In this document: positions 1 through 13,160 of the stretch, in pieces
Layout: the number at the start of each line of letters is the position of its first letter
How positions within the stretch are numbered: position 1 is the stretch's first letter
Notes under the pieces: generated by a model
What the model was told of the DNA's origin: nothing
Databases searched by the model: none
The model's input: only the letters and a program-made list of their open reading frames with translations
NCBI GenBank assembly: GCA_964016885.1
Contig: OZ024743.1
Location: 317,130,001-317,194,000 of the forward strand
Length of the DNA stretch: 64,000 nt
Direction of reading: 5' to 3'
Source: Eledone cirrhosa
Lineage: Eukaryota
Program-made: the position numbers and the translations under genes

Positions 1-778
1 CCGTGTCAAAATCGATACGAGACCTGGGTATAGACATGAGCGATGATGCATCTTTTTTCTCACACATCATCAAAGTAGTGACAATGTGCAGACAACTCGC
101 CGGCTGGATCTTGAGGACTTTCCGGACAAGAGACTGAGACACCATGTTGACACTATGGAGGACATTTGTCCTAAGCCGCCTGGACTATTGCTCCCAGTTG
201 TGGTCACCCCATAGTGTCAAACTAACCACGGAGCTTGAGGCAATCCAGCGAAGCTACACCAAGAGGATTGCGACGATGAAGGAGATAAGCTACTGGGAGA
301 GGCTAAAAGAACTGAACTACTACTCCTTGGAATGAAGACGGGAGAGATACGCAGTGATCTACATGTGGAAAATCCTGGAGGGACTAGCACCAAACTTTGG
401 CATTGGGAGCTGGACCAACCATCAAACAGGACGTCACTGTGTGGTGCCAAGTCTTCCACATCTAGAATAAGGAGCAGATATTGCAATAGCCTGGGGTTCA
501 AGGGCCCTCAACTCTTCAACAAGCTGCCGAGGGATTTGAGAGATCTGCATGGTGTGGCCATGGATGTCTTCAAGAAACATCTCGAGACATTGCTATCCAG
601 GATCCCGGATGAGCCCACAGCAAAGCATGAGGGAAACCTAAGGGCAGCAGCACCGAACTCCCTCTTGCACCAGTGGCCAACCAATACAGGCTGGAGATGA
701 AATGTGTAGCAACAAGGGCGGTGTGCCAGCATGGCCTCAGCCGGACGGCTGGAACAGGTACACGAGTAAAAGAGTAAA
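1..778 (+). mobile_element. CR1/L2-like LINE, 3' fragment (RT C-terminal region, disrupted)
   Basis: Reads LWRTFVLSRLDYCSQLWSPH..LEAIQRSYTKRI..SYWERLKELNYYSLE then GPQLFNKLP, the typical post-RT segment of CR1/L2 ORF2; has a stop and frameshifts; ends at a (TA)n run. Confidence 0.85.
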
Positions 779-811
779 ACGTATATATAAATATATATAT
801 ATATACATATC

Positions 812-971
812 TCTCTAGGGCGGGTAAAATTCCCACGATCCATGGATGAGTTCTCTCCAGTGGTCTCTGTCCCTCATTATTGCTGCCATGTCCTGCGTCT
901 CCAAGAGACCAGTGTCTGTCCTTAGGGCATCAACATATGTTAACCTCGGTCTTCCTCTTCCAGTGTGTCCA
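812..971 (-). mobile_element. RTE-like LINE extreme 3' fragment
   Basis: Reverse strand reads GRGRPRLTYVDALRTDTGL..MRDRDHWR, the GRP...DR..W terminus of RTE ORFs; flanked by (TA)n. Confidence 0.7.
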
Positions 972-1193
972 TATATATATATATTTTTAAAAAAAGGAAA
1001 AGAATGACTTCACTTGTAGTTCTAAATAATTTGATTTAATTTTATAATATTATAATATTATGATTTGGTAGATCTAGTAAGTTCTTTGTTAACTTCGGTG
1101 GGAAATAAAAGGCAGATTGGTGTTGTGTGTGTGTGTGTGTGCATGTTCCATGTTTATATATTTGCACAATTTCAAACCGATTCGACTCAACGT

Positions 1194-2170
1194 CTGTAAG
1201 AATGTTGTAAATGGTCTAACTTAGGTCAACGACTATTTATTTATTTCAAAATCACCCACAATTATGGAAATAATCGATAAAACTAAATACATGACGCCTT
1301 ACCTCTCTAATACAATCCGATAACCTCTCTCTACTCCCCTTAGAAATCGAAAAAAAAAAATACAAGCTGCAACCTACCCACTCCTTACTAATTTCCTTTA
1401 GAGAGAGAGAAAAAAAATAAAGGAGTGATCCAGAGAGTGAAAGACAGAGACAAACCTTAAATACATGACGCTTAACTCCTCTAATACAATCTGATATTCT
1501 CTCTCTACTCTCCTTAAAAATAAAAAAATAAAAATACATGCTGCAACCTTCTCATATATACGCTTAAGTGAGAGACGGAGACAAACGTTAAATACATCAA
1601 AAGCAACAGATAAATTTATTCAACAACTAGAAAAATAGCGACAAATCTTTTTTTAAAACATCATCTATAATCCAACTCACACACAATTACATTTTGTGTA
1701 TAACATATTTACACGTTTATTGAGTAGAAAAAAAACCACATAGGGATTTTTGGCCAAACAACTTCACATTGCTGACAGAAGCGCGCTTTCAACAAACTGT
1801 GAGTTATGTATTTGCCTCTGTAAGAATGTTGTAAATGGTCTAACTTAGGTCAACGACTATTTATTTATTTCAAAATCACCCGCAATTACGGAAATAATCG
1901 ATAAAACTAAATACATGACGCTTTACTCCTCTGATACAATCTGATTACCTCTCTCTACTCCCCTTAAAAATCGAAAAAAAAAATACATGCTGCAACCTTC
2001 TCTTATATACGCTTAAAATCTTTTTTTAAAACATCTATCATCCAACTCACACACAATTACATTTTGTGTATAACATATTTACACGTTTATTGAGTGAAAA
2101 AAAAACCACATAGGGATTTTGGCCAAACAACTTCAAATTGCTGACAGAAGCGCACTTTCAACAAGTTATT
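1194..2170. repeat. Imperfect direct duplication (period ~625 bp) upstream of the Helitron ORF
   Basis: ctgtaagaatgttgtaaatggtctaacttaggtcaacgac at ~1194 and ~1818; ccacatagggatttt..ggccaaacaacttc at ~1736 and ~2106; internal sub-repeat aaatacatgacgc..atacaatc occurs three times. Confidence 0.85.
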
Positions 2171-2288
2171 TATTTGCCATTCGTTCTCCCATTTTTTTTT
2201 CTGCGGAACGCCGACAGTTTTCAGCCTTATACTTTCAAAGGCAATTTTGCTGTAGAAGTAACTTTCACCCTTTTTTTTTTCACATAAA

Positions 2289-5200
2289 ATGCCACCTAAA
2301 AAGAGAAGTCGCCTCGGTCGCCATACCTCGTCAGCGGCGGCGCAGAGGGCGATTACAGCAAACGAGTCCCCCGAGAAAACTGCTTTAAGACTTTCACAGA
2401 GTGCCTTACGTTCAGCAGAATGCAGAGCTGCTGAAAGTTTTCAACAACGCATCGCACGCCTAGCCAAGATGGCTTCATACGACGCCTCGAGACGTGCTGC
2501 GATGTGCGATTCAGAGCGGGTGATACGTCATCTTAAAAAAACGCTTCTATTACTGCTTCCAGGGCTTCAGAACAAAGGTCGCCTCGCCTGGCTAGAAACG
2601 CTGCTGCTACTGCTGCTTCCAGGGCTTCAGAGGGCCCGGAACAAAGGGCGGATCGACTGACTAGAAATGCTGCGGCTACTGCTGCTTCCAGGGCTTTGGA
2701 AGGTTTGGAACGGCGGACGAATCGCCTTGCTAGGAACGCTGTGGCTATGACTGCTTCCATGGCTTCTGAAGATGCAGACGGGCGCTCCATTAGGATTGCA
2801 AGGGTGGCTTCTGCTACTGCTGCGAGAGCTTCCCACGACCCACAGGTGCAACATTCTACGTTGGAGCGGAACAGTCGACGACAAGAAGCTTCCCGCGGTG
2901 TGACGAGCCCCAACAGCCCATACTGGCACCTACGGGCTTTCAAGTATGAGCCCAACGTTAACTAATCGATGTGTGCCGACATAAATATAGGGGAAATGTG
3001 CTTCAATTGCAAATTCAGCAACGCTAAAAAGTGGGCTGGGGAGCCACCTGCAATGTGCTGCTTAAAAGGTCAGGTCAGCTTGCCCCCTCTTGGGGAACCG
3101 CCAGAGCCTTTGAAGGAACTACTTACTGGTTCTACCTCAAGGTCATCCAAATCCCTTCAACTCATCAGGAAGTACAATTGTGCGTTTCAAATGACTTCTT
3201 TCGGGGCTAACGTTGTCAGAGAAAGTGGTTGGATGCCTACTTTCAAGGTCCAGGGGCAGGTGTACCATCTTATTGTGTCGCTCCAGCCACTATAAAATTG
3301 CAAGCCTTCCTTCCTTCAAATTTACTTCATTTCTAACTACAGTAGGCAAGTTGATGCGCAGTTCGGCGTTATTCCAACACCTGCAAAAACTGACGTTGAC
3401 ACTTTTGAAAGGGACGTGCTGCTCGGTCTTCAAAACATGCTTCATGAGAACAACAGTTATATTCGCAGTTTCAAATACGCATTGGAAACAAACCCTTCAC
3501 CAAACTTCACCATTGTCATCGATGCTGACAAAAGACCTTCCGGGGAGCACGCACGCCATTATAACTCTCCTTGGTGCAATGAAGTGGCCGTAGTTATCCA
3601 TGGTGAACAGCACAAAAAGCTAGACATAGTTCTTCAAAGTTGTGACAGTGGTCTTCGACGTATTAATGAGACGCATCGTTCATACAACGCCCTGCAGTAT
3701 CCCCTTCTTTTTGCATACGGAGAAGACGGCTACCATTTCGGCATTCCTCAGCGCAAACCAAACGAGCCCACTGCTGCGACATCTAAAACTGTTTCATGTA
3801 TGGCTTTATACTCATACCACTTCATGACGAGACCTAACGATTTCAGCACCCTGCACAGGTCACGGGAACTGTTTCACCAGTTTGCAGTTGACATGGCTGC
3901 AAAGATGGAGTCGGAGAGACTGTGCTTCATAAAATTGAATCAGAAGCAGCTGCGCTCAGACTCCTACATCCATTTGCGTGACGGCATCAGGAATGACACT
4001 GACCCCCGGAACATCGGCAAAATGTGCATTCTCCCCTTTTATCTATACGGGGGGGGGGGTCTTTTGTCAGCATCGATGACAATGGTGACGTTCGTTCGGC
4101 ATTATGGGCGCCCCGATTTATTCATCACGTTTACGTGTAACCCCAAGTGGGTTGAGGTTACGCGGGAACTTATCCCAGGGCAGCAGTACTGCCATCGGCA
4201 TGATATTATTGCCAGGGTTTTCAGGCAGAAGCTGGCTAAGCTAATTGATCTAATCAAAAAAGGGAAGGTTTTCGGGCCTGTTAGGTGCCACATGTATGCT
4301 GTTGAGTGGCAGAAGAGAGGGTTGCCACACGCGCACATTTTGGTTTGGTTGGTCACCAAAATAGACCCTACAGTTCTAGATGACGTCATCGCAGCGGAAA
4401 TACCGGACCCCGTTGTTGACCGGCAGTTGTACGACATTGTGAAGGCACACATGGTGCACGGTCCGTGCGGTCCCGGTTTTCAAGAGTTCTCATACCACAA
4501 GGACCATGTGTTCACTAAACGATACCCAAAGAGGTTTGTTGAGGAGACCCAGACCGGCGGCGACGGATACCCACTGTACAGACGAAGGCGGCCTGAGAAC
4601 GGTGGATTCACTATGACGTTACAGGGTCATCAAGTTGATAATAGGTGGGTGGTCCAGTACTGTTCATTTCTGATGAAAACTTTCAACGCTCATATAAATG
4701 TGGAGTTCTGTCATTCAGTGAAGTCGATAAAGTATATATGTAAATATGTTAACAAGGGTTCCGACGTGCCATGTTCAGCCTTCAAAACGACAATAGCAGG
4801 GACGAGGTCTCGGAGTACTTGGCAGGTCGATATATCAGCAGTGGTGAAGCTTTTTGGCGGATATTCGGGTTTCCACTTCACCAAAGGCACCCTGCCATCA
4901 TACAACTAGCGGTTCATTTGGAAAACGGCCAGCGGGCTTACTTTACTGAACAGACTGCTGCTCATTTGGCGGCCAATCCAAAAGAAACAACTTTGACTGT
5001 TTTTTTATGCTTTGCCAACTTGACACATTTGCAAAAACACTTTCATATCATCAGGTCCCGTCTTACTACGTGTGGTCAAACAACACTTGGGTGCGTAGGA
5101 AGTCAGGTCATGATGTTGAAGGACATCCTGGTGTCAAGTTTGACAGTTGTCTAGGAAGAGTGTACACTGTACCTCCCAACCAGCATGAGTGTTTTCACCT

Positions 5201-6880
5201 GCGCCTTCTTCTCCATGAGGTTTTTGGCCCACAAAGCTTTTGAGACATAAGAGCTGTTGACGGTGAATTATGTGATACTTTCCGGGAAGCCTGCTTTAGA
5301 CGTGGCCTTTTGGAGGATGATTCACAATGGGGCGCCACTATGGCAGAGGGCGTTTTGTTGAAATCTCCTAAAAGACTAAGATCGCTTTTCGTTATTCTAC
5401 TCCTATGGTACGACTTGGGTGATCCGGCCTCTTTATGGCTTAGCTACAAAGATTACATGTCTGAAGATTTCCTGCGTCACGCTCAGTTGCTAAACCCGTC
5501 GATGGAGGACGGGTACAGTGATCTCATTTACAACAGGGCGCTGCTTGAAATCGAAGATATTGTTCTTGATATGGGCGGTAGTGCGTTGGCGGTGTATGGC
5601 CTACCTTCAACAAACCGGGAAGGCGCAAACACTGTCTTCGGATTTGCTGCGTGAGACATCTTATAATGTTGACGAGCTTGCCCAGTACATAGCGGAGAAT
5701 GAGCCAAAGCTCCTTCCAGAACAGACATTCGCTTACAACTCCGTTGTTAATTCTGTCCGGGGAAAAGCTGGGGGGATTTTTTTCCTGGACGCTCCTGGGG
5801 GGACTGGGGAAACTTTTGTCACCAAATTAAGATTAGGCGAACAGAAGGCATTGCCTTAGCTGTGACATCATCTGGAATTGCGGCTACTTTGTTGCCGGGC
5901 GGCAGGACAGCTCACTCCTATTTCAAGCTCCCGCTTGACTTAGCGAAGACTGAGACACATACTTGCAACATCAGTAAGAGCTCAGATCAGGCAGAAGTGT
6001 TCAAACGATGCAAACTGATCGTTTGGGATGAATGCACGATGGCCCACAGAGATGCTCTTGAGGCGCTAGATAGAACTCTGAGAGACATCAAAGACTCTAC
6101 GGCTCCCATGGGAGGCATAACACTTCTTCTTTCAGGGAACTTCAGGCAAACGCTTCCCGTTATTCCCAAGGGGACTAGAGCTGATGCAGTACGTGCGTGT
6201 CTTAAGTCATCCGCATTGTGGCCCCTGGTGAAGACTCTGAAACTTCACACTAACATGTGTGCTCATATGCGAGGTGATATCGCAACAGCAGCATTTTCTC
6301 ACACCCTATTAATGATCAAATGCTAAAACTCATTACTGGGGATGGCTACGTATATAAGTCTATCGATAGAACTCCTGACCCCGAGAACGTCATCAACTAT
6401 CCAATAGAGGTACTAAATTCCTTTGAGCCCCCCGGATTACCTCCACACATTTTGAAACTTAAAGTTGGTGCCCCTATAATGCTCATTCGAAATTTGGTTC
6501 CGCCGAAACAATGCAATGGCACGCGTTTGGTCGTTAAGTCCTTAGCTCCCAATCTGATTGAGGCCACGATAATCACAGGGTGCGGTCGGGCCAAGGTTGT
6601 ACTCATACCGAGGATGCATCTTTTCCCATCAGGAGCAGACCTACCTTTCACATTTCGGAGGTTCCAGTTCCCCGTGTCAGGCCATGCTTCGCAATGTCAA
6701 TTAACAAAGCGCAGGGGCAAACACTGTCTGTCGCGGGAATACATTTGGGGGGGGGGAGGGGGCGTGTTTCTCTCATGGTCAGCATTACGTTGGCTGCTCG
6801 CGTGTCGGCAGCAAGAGTGATGATTTCGCGTTCGTTCCGCAAGGGAAAACAAAAAACATTGTGTACAAGGAGGTTTTATA
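2289..6880 (+). mobile_element. Helitron Rep/helicase (RepHel) pseudogene
   Basis: HUH Rep motifs PDLFITFTCNPKW, VEWQKRGLPHAHILVW and KYICKYVNKG, followed by PIF1 helicase motifs FFLDAPGGTGETF, SSGIAATLLPGGRTAHS, LIVWDECTM, GNFRQTLPV, CNGTRL, FAMSINKAQGQTL; split over many ORFs by stops and frameshifts. Termini not located. Confidence 0.95.
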
Positions 6881-7374
6881 GGATTACCTCGATTCCTAAT
6901 TTTATAACTTTTATATTTTTTCATTTTTTGCTTTTTCGTGAGTACTTTCTAAGTAGGTTAACCTTCACTGCAGTGCACTGGACACTCCCCACCATCTGCC
7001 GTACAAAGGCTGATTCTCGCGGCATTACAAATCTTCATTGCAACTCCGACCCTACTCAAATATCAGCTGTTGCTCCTCACCAACCCCCGTTTGGTGGGCC
7101 TCGGAGGACTGTGGACAGGTTAGTATTTCACCTCCGTACGACTCTCAAAGGGTGAACAATGCTTTAATGACGGGATTTACATTTTCAGGCGGTTCCCTGC
7201 AATTACTTCACACTTCACCAACACCTGGCCTCCGATCAGCTCCATTTCCCTCCCTCCATCGGCACAGCAGCAGGCTCATCTTCTACGTCCGACGTACATG
7301 ATGCACCAACCATACAATGACCCCTCTTCCTCTTTTTTGGTTGTCATAATTCGACAATGTTTTCAGGCCCCTGT

Positions 7375-8444
7375 TTGCGGTTAAACCTGGTTTTGAACCT
7401 GTCCTGAGTCATGCCAACATATCGTTCACTCCTGGCTGGCTGGTTGTTAATTAAAGGTGTCACTTTGGCTTCATATACAACGGATTTAGCATTACATTTG
7501 CCCTGTAATGGGCATTCATCCGGCTTCCTGCAACTGCATCCTGGATTTATTCTCGTACGATTAGAATTGGTGATTTTAGACTTCATTGATGGGCAGCAAG
7601 AGTAACTGATTTTAACTACATTTCTATTAAATATCTTATAATATCTATGATTAGTAGAAAAATGTTTGTCTAAGAGGTCAAGGAATTTCCTTCCTACATT
7701 AGTTTTGACAGTTAGAGAGAAGGGGGTGTAAACCTTCTCTCTAACTGTAGGAGAATAAATCCAGGATGCAGTTGCAGGAAGCCGGATAAATGCCCATTAC
7801 AGGGCAAATGTAATACCAAATCCGTTGTATATGAGGCCAAAGTGACACCTTTGATTAACAACCAACCAGCCAGGAATGAACGATATGTTGGCATGACTCA
7901 GGACAGGTTCAAAACCAGGTTTTATGCACATGTCGCTTCTTTTAAACACTCTGATAAAAGAACAGCAACGGCTCTTGCAAATAAGGTGTGGGAATTCAAA
8001 GATAAAAAACATCCCGTACTCTATCGATTGGTCTATTTTAGACCATTCGAGGGAATACCAAAGGGGCACAAAGAATTGTTCTTTGTGTACCACTGAAAAA
8101 TTTAGGATTCTACAAAACTTGAAAGCCACTTCAACTTGCCTGAACTCCAAGACCGAGATCTTCAGATGTTGTCCTCACCTGAAATCACATCTGATCTGTA
8201 ACTGGATTGACATTCCTACGATGACTCAACCACCTTGAACTTCTTCTCTGCTCTCTACGCCTTACATCCCCTACGATTTTTATTACTCTCTGAACTCACT
8301 TTCTGTACTCTTATATTCTTTTTCTCCCTTATCTCCCCTTATATTTAAACTTTTTCCTATGTTATTTATTTTCCTTATTCCCCCCTACTTTCTACCTTAC
8401 CCTTTACATACCCAGCTTTTTTATTTATAGATATTTATTTCTGT

Positions 8445-8450
<6 letters not shown>
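7375..8450 (+). mobile_element. Penelope-like element fragment (Naiad-type GIY-YIG endonuclease) with an inverted 5' segment
   Basis: + strand 7757-8238 reads GCSCRKPDKCPLQGKC..VVYEAKV..RYVGMTQDRFKTRF..CSLCTTEK..LNSKTEIFRCCPH (one frameshift). - strand 7732-7383 reads FTPPFSLTVKTNVGRKFL..KIFNRNVVKISYSC..GCSCR. Confidence 0.85.
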
Positions 8451-8600
<150 letters not shown>

Positions 8601-8805
8601 TATGCATAATTACATACAGAGTGATTTAATGTTTATTTTCATTGATTATTTGCTCTAGGAACTTGTTGAGTGCTCTAAATCAGCTATAAACATTTATACC
8701 TTTATCTATTTATTTATTTATTTATTTATTATTTGTCGTAGTCCCAACTATTTGTTTACCCCTTCCACCTTTTTATTTTTATATATATATAATATTTATG
8801 TATTT

Positions 8806-8903
<98 letters not shown>

Positions 8904-8924
8904 ATGTATGTGTGTGTGTGTATA

Positions 8925-9677
8925 TTTGTTTATTCCCATCTTTGCGTTGCTTTCATCCTTCTATTTTGTTTTCTTGTCTCACTCGCTTTACGCGATTTAC
9001 TTGTCCCAATAGCTTTATTTAGCTATTGCTCGCACCAACCTGAGGTATATGATTTTTAATGCGATGAAATATCAATGATGGTTAGCAAATCACTGACGAA
9101 GGACTATTTTTATCATATGTAACCCATGTGCAACCACGCAGTATTCTTCTCATGTTTTTTATATATATTTACCTCGGCTGCGTTTGTCTGTTTCTCTCTT
9201 ACTGCTCCCCCGTTCTCTCTGTTGCTCACACCTTCTTTCGCCCCCTCTGTCAGTTACACTTTCTCTCGACTGACCTCTTCCTCGCACTTCTACTCACTCA
9301 CTCTCTGTTTCTCCCCTTCTCACTTCCTCCCGTTTGGCTAGTAGTGGGTTCTCTTCTTGCTCACATCTCACTCACGTCGGACGGTCTGTATCTTGATCGC
9401 TCATGAAATCCACCCAGCTTATGCTGGCCGGATAACCATGTTGCTTGTTTATTCTCATCTTTGCGTTGCTTTCATCCTTCTATGTTGTTTACTTGTCTCA
9501 CTCGCTTTACGCGATTTACTTCTCCCAATAGCTTTTTTTAGTTATTGCTCGCACCAACCTGAGGTATGTGATTTTTAATGCGATGAAATATCAATGATGG
9601 TTGGCAAATCACTGACGAAGGACTATTTTTATCATATGTAACCCATGTGCAACCACGCAGTATTCTTCTTTCTTCTC

Positions 9678-9680
<3 letters not shown>
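8925..9680. repeat. Non-coding partial tandem repeat (period ~520 bp); related inverted copy at 54448-55110
   Basis: ~230 bp block (ttgtttattc.catctttgcgttgc...caaccacgcagtattcttct) at ~8925 and ~9445; bounded by (TA)n/(TG)n. Confidence 0.85.
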
Positions 9681-9708
<28 letters not shown>

Positions 9709-9834
9709 GTAGGAGGTGAGTTTTATTGTAGTACAATAAAGCAATGCAGATATCGGATAAGAAGCACTCTACAGTTTGTAGGACTGGAGTATACATAATA
9801 TAAGATCAAAAGATGGTTAAAGGAGTTCCATGTA

Positions 9835-9901
9835 TTTTATTATGCGCATTTCAAAAACAAACATCATCATGCAATAATATTTGTGTTTTCATCAGATAAA
9901 A
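9835..9901 (-). ncRNA. Type I hammerhead ribozyme motif (mirror copy of 12493-12559)
   Basis: Reverse complement of the motif at 12493-12559. Confidence 0.8.
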
Positions 9902-12492
9902 CAGGAGAACATGATATGAAGGCTAAAAAACACTTGTGGATAGTGCAGTTTTAAATCAACATATGAAAAGTGGTTTTAGATTGATGTGTGATATTGGGAA
10001 AAATATTTTATTTAGAGAGGGGCGTGTGGAAAGGATGAAAAAGGGGAGGAGATGAGAGGGAGAGATGGGTGATAGAGAGAAAGAGATAGTTTTTATAACT
10101 GAGAGGAGATATATTGTTTTACATAGAGAGGTTGAAAACCGTTGGAAGATAATGTATAAATTTAAAAAAATGTGAAAATTAACGAAGGGAGGATATGTGC
10201 GAGGAAAAAATATTTTATTTAGGGAGGGGGAGGGGAAAGGATGAAAAAGGGGGGAGGAGATGAGAGTGAAGGTGGAGAGGGAGAGATGGGTGATAGAGAG
10301 AAAGAGATAGTTTTTATAACTGAGAAAAAGATATATTGTTTTACATAGAGAGGTTGAGAACCGTTGGAAGATAATGTATAAATTAAAGGAATTTGAAAAT
10401 TAACGAAGGGAATTTATGTATGAAGATAGAGAGAAAAAATAATAATTGTGGATGAATATTCTAACGTCAAAAAAAGTGTATGTTGATAAGTATTGTGGCA
10501 ATTTCAAAATTAACGAAGAGAAAAATTATTAAGGTTTGTGTGTAGAAGGATTTGAGAAAAATAATGTGAAGTTAAAGTTTGTATATTGAAGGAATTGATA
10601 ATATATGCGAATAAAGAGTTAATATGTATTAAGAATGAGTTCGTTGATGGGGAGAAAAAATAATAAATTAAGGATGAAATTGAGATTAAAAAGATTTATG
10701 ATAGAGAGAAAAAATAATAATGATTGCGGATGAATATTCTAACGTCAAAAAAACAAATGTATATGTTATGAAGGATTTTACAAGGTGAAGATAGAATGAG
10801 GGTAATGAGTAAACAAGTATTATAGAGTGTATAATGCCCTTTAAAGTAAGGTAGGAAGATGGGTATATTTTAAAGAGGTGTATGTATATGTGCCTTTGAG
10901 AAAAGATTCTAAATTGATAAAGAATTGAATATTAACTGTATACTTTGTGAAAAGTCCTATGGAATTTGTGCAGGCAGATAGAAAACAAATCTGTACGTCT
11001 ATTTATTATAGAATCTAGGTTAGAGATAATGGTAAATTTTTCATTTAGGCAGAGATTACAGATTTTAGATAGCGAGCTGTTCAAGTATGAGGATGCAGAA
11101 GAAACCTTCTTCCAAAAGATGGTATATTTAATGTTTTTGTCTTTTAAGGACCATATGAGTTCTGAGAGAGCAGTGTTGGTTCTTTTAAGTTTGTATTTGA
11201 AAGATGAAAAGAACCAACACTGCTCTCTCAGAACTCATATGGTCCTTAAAAGACAAAAACATTAAATATACCATCTTTTGGAAGAAGGTTTCTTCTGCAT
11301 CCTCATACTTGAACAGCTCTCTATCTAAAATCTGTAATCTCTGCCTAAATGAAAAATTTACCATTATCTCTAACCTAGATTCTATAATAAATAGACGTAC
11401 AGATTTGTTTTCTATCTGCCTGCACAAATTCCATAGGACTTTTCACAAAGTATACAGTTAATATTCAATTCTTTATCAATTTAGAATCTTTTCTCAAAGG
11501 CACATATACAAACACCTCTTTAAAATATACCCATCTTCCTACCTTACTTTAAAGGGCATTATACACTCTATAATACTTGTTTACTCATTACCCTCATTCT
11601 ATCTTCACCTTGTAAAATCCTTCATAACATATACATTTGTTTTTTTGACGTTAGAATATTCATCCGCAATCATTATTATTTTTTCTCTCTATCATAAATC
11701 TTTTTAATCTCAATTTCATCCTTAATTTATTTTTTTTTTCTCCCCATCAACGAACTCATTCTTAATACATATTAACTCTTTATTCGCATATATTATCAAT
11801 TCCTTCAATATACAAACTTTAACTTCACATTATTTTTCTCAAATCCTTCTACACACAAACCTTAATAATTTTTCTCTTCGTTAATTTTGAAATTGCCACA
11901 ATACTTATCAACATACACTTTTTTTTACGTTAGAATATTCATCCACAATTATTATTTTTTCTCTCTATCTTCATACATAAATTCCCTTCGTTAATTTTCA
12001 AATTCCTTTAATTTATACATTATCTTCCAACGGTTCTCAACCTCTCTATGTAAAACAATATATCTTTTTCTCAGTTATAAAAACTATCTCTTTCTCTCTA
12101 TCACCCATCTCTCCCTCTCCACCTTCACTCTCATCTCCTCCCCCTTTTTTCATCCTTTCCCCTCCCCCTCCCTAAATAAAATATTTTTTCCTCGCACATA
12201 TCCTCCCTTCGTTAATTTTCACATTTTTTTAAATTTATACATTATCTTCCAACGGTTTTCAACCTCTCTATGTAAAACAATATATCTCCTCTCAGTTATA
12301 AAAACTATCTCTTTCTCTCTATCACCCATCTCTCCCTCTCATCTCCTCCCCTTTTTCATCCTTTCCACACGCCCCTCTCTAAATAAAATATTTTTCCCAA
12401 TATCACACATCAATCTAAAACCACTTTTCATATGTTGATTTAAAACTGCACTATCCACAAGTGTTTTTTAGCCTTCATATCATGTTCTCCTG

Positions 12493-12559
12493 TTTTATCT
12501 GATGAAAACACAAATATTATTGCATGATGATGTTTGTTTTTGAAATGCGCATAATAAAA
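12493..12559 (+). ncRNA. Type I hammerhead ribozyme motif
   Basis: ttttat-CTGATGA-[aaacacaaatattattgcatgatgatgtttgttttt hairpin]-GAAA-tgcgca-TA-ataaaa: stem I ttttat/ataaaa, palindromic stem III ATGCGCAT, AUA cleavage triplet. Confidence 0.82.
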
Positions 12560-12591
12560 TACATGGAACTCCTTTAACCATCTTTTGATCT

Positions 12592-12664
<73 letters not shown>

Positions 12665-12754
12665 TGTGTGTGTATATATATATATGTATGTATATATATA
12701 TATATGTGTGTATATGTGTGTGTGTGTGTATGTATATATTTATATTTGTATGTA

Positions 12755-13160
12755 TCCGGGAGAGATGACCCCTTAGCCTTTGTCAAGGCAGAATTCTAGG
12801 AGAAGGAAAACTCTGATATAACACCTGCAACCCTGATGGTATCCAATGATGTTGACTTGTTCTTTTTGGTAAATGTCATCTTGGTTAAGAGAGTGGGACT
12901 GGCTTTGTGCAGTGCCTTTGCTCACTATAAAGCTTCACGGCGCAGGCATTGCTTTATATCTGGAGATCTCTCTGCACTTGTCACATGGTACCATGGGCCC
13001 AGCACTATGTGTCAATAATTGTCACAAGTGTAGTGTTTGTACCAGAGTTTTCATGTCGCAGGCTGGACTAAAAAGTCACACTTGTTCAGCGCATCGGTAG
13101 GGGTTCTCCTAGATGGATATAAAGTGGTGGCCATACTCGAAAGCGAGTTGGCAGCCGCCA
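12755..13160 (+). mobile_element. Short RTE-derived non-autonomous element (related copies ~52690-52965 and ~55235-55805)
   Basis: Near-identical to 55394-55805 (ccgggagagatgaccccttagcc...gagttggcagcc); ends in a CSVCTRVF.S.AGLKSH C2H2-like remnant typical of RTE/BovB-type ORF termini. Confidence 0.6.

Larger units (their letters stand above)
9709..12599. mobile_element. Penelope-like element 3' end arranged as a ~2.8-kb head-to-head palindrome
   Basis: 9795-11186 is the reverse complement of 11207-12599, with a 20-nt spacer and few mismatches. Each arm encodes NTALSELIWSLKDKNI..CNLCLNEKFTII..INRRTDLFSICLH (GIY-YIG C-terminus), then a long UTR with a hammerhead. Confidence 0.9.

Noticed and set aside
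2289-6880. Host PIF1 helicase gene
   Set aside because: Fused to an HUH Rep domain, intronless and full of frameshifts, so it is a Helitron relic.
7757-8238. Selenocysteine-encoding Naiad-type endonuclease
   Set aside because: Cys positions use TGT/TGC, I saw no in-frame TGA at conserved Cys sites, and there is no convincing SECIS downstream.
9045-9100. Box C/D snoRNA or SECIS reading of the atgattt...ctga block
   Set aside because: No canonical RUGAUGA box C or SECIS geometry, and the block lies in a dispersed repeat.
10966-11427. Twin ORFs MCRQIENKSVRLF.. on both strands
   Set aside because: Antisense readings of the GIY-YIG fragment, duplicated by the palindrome.
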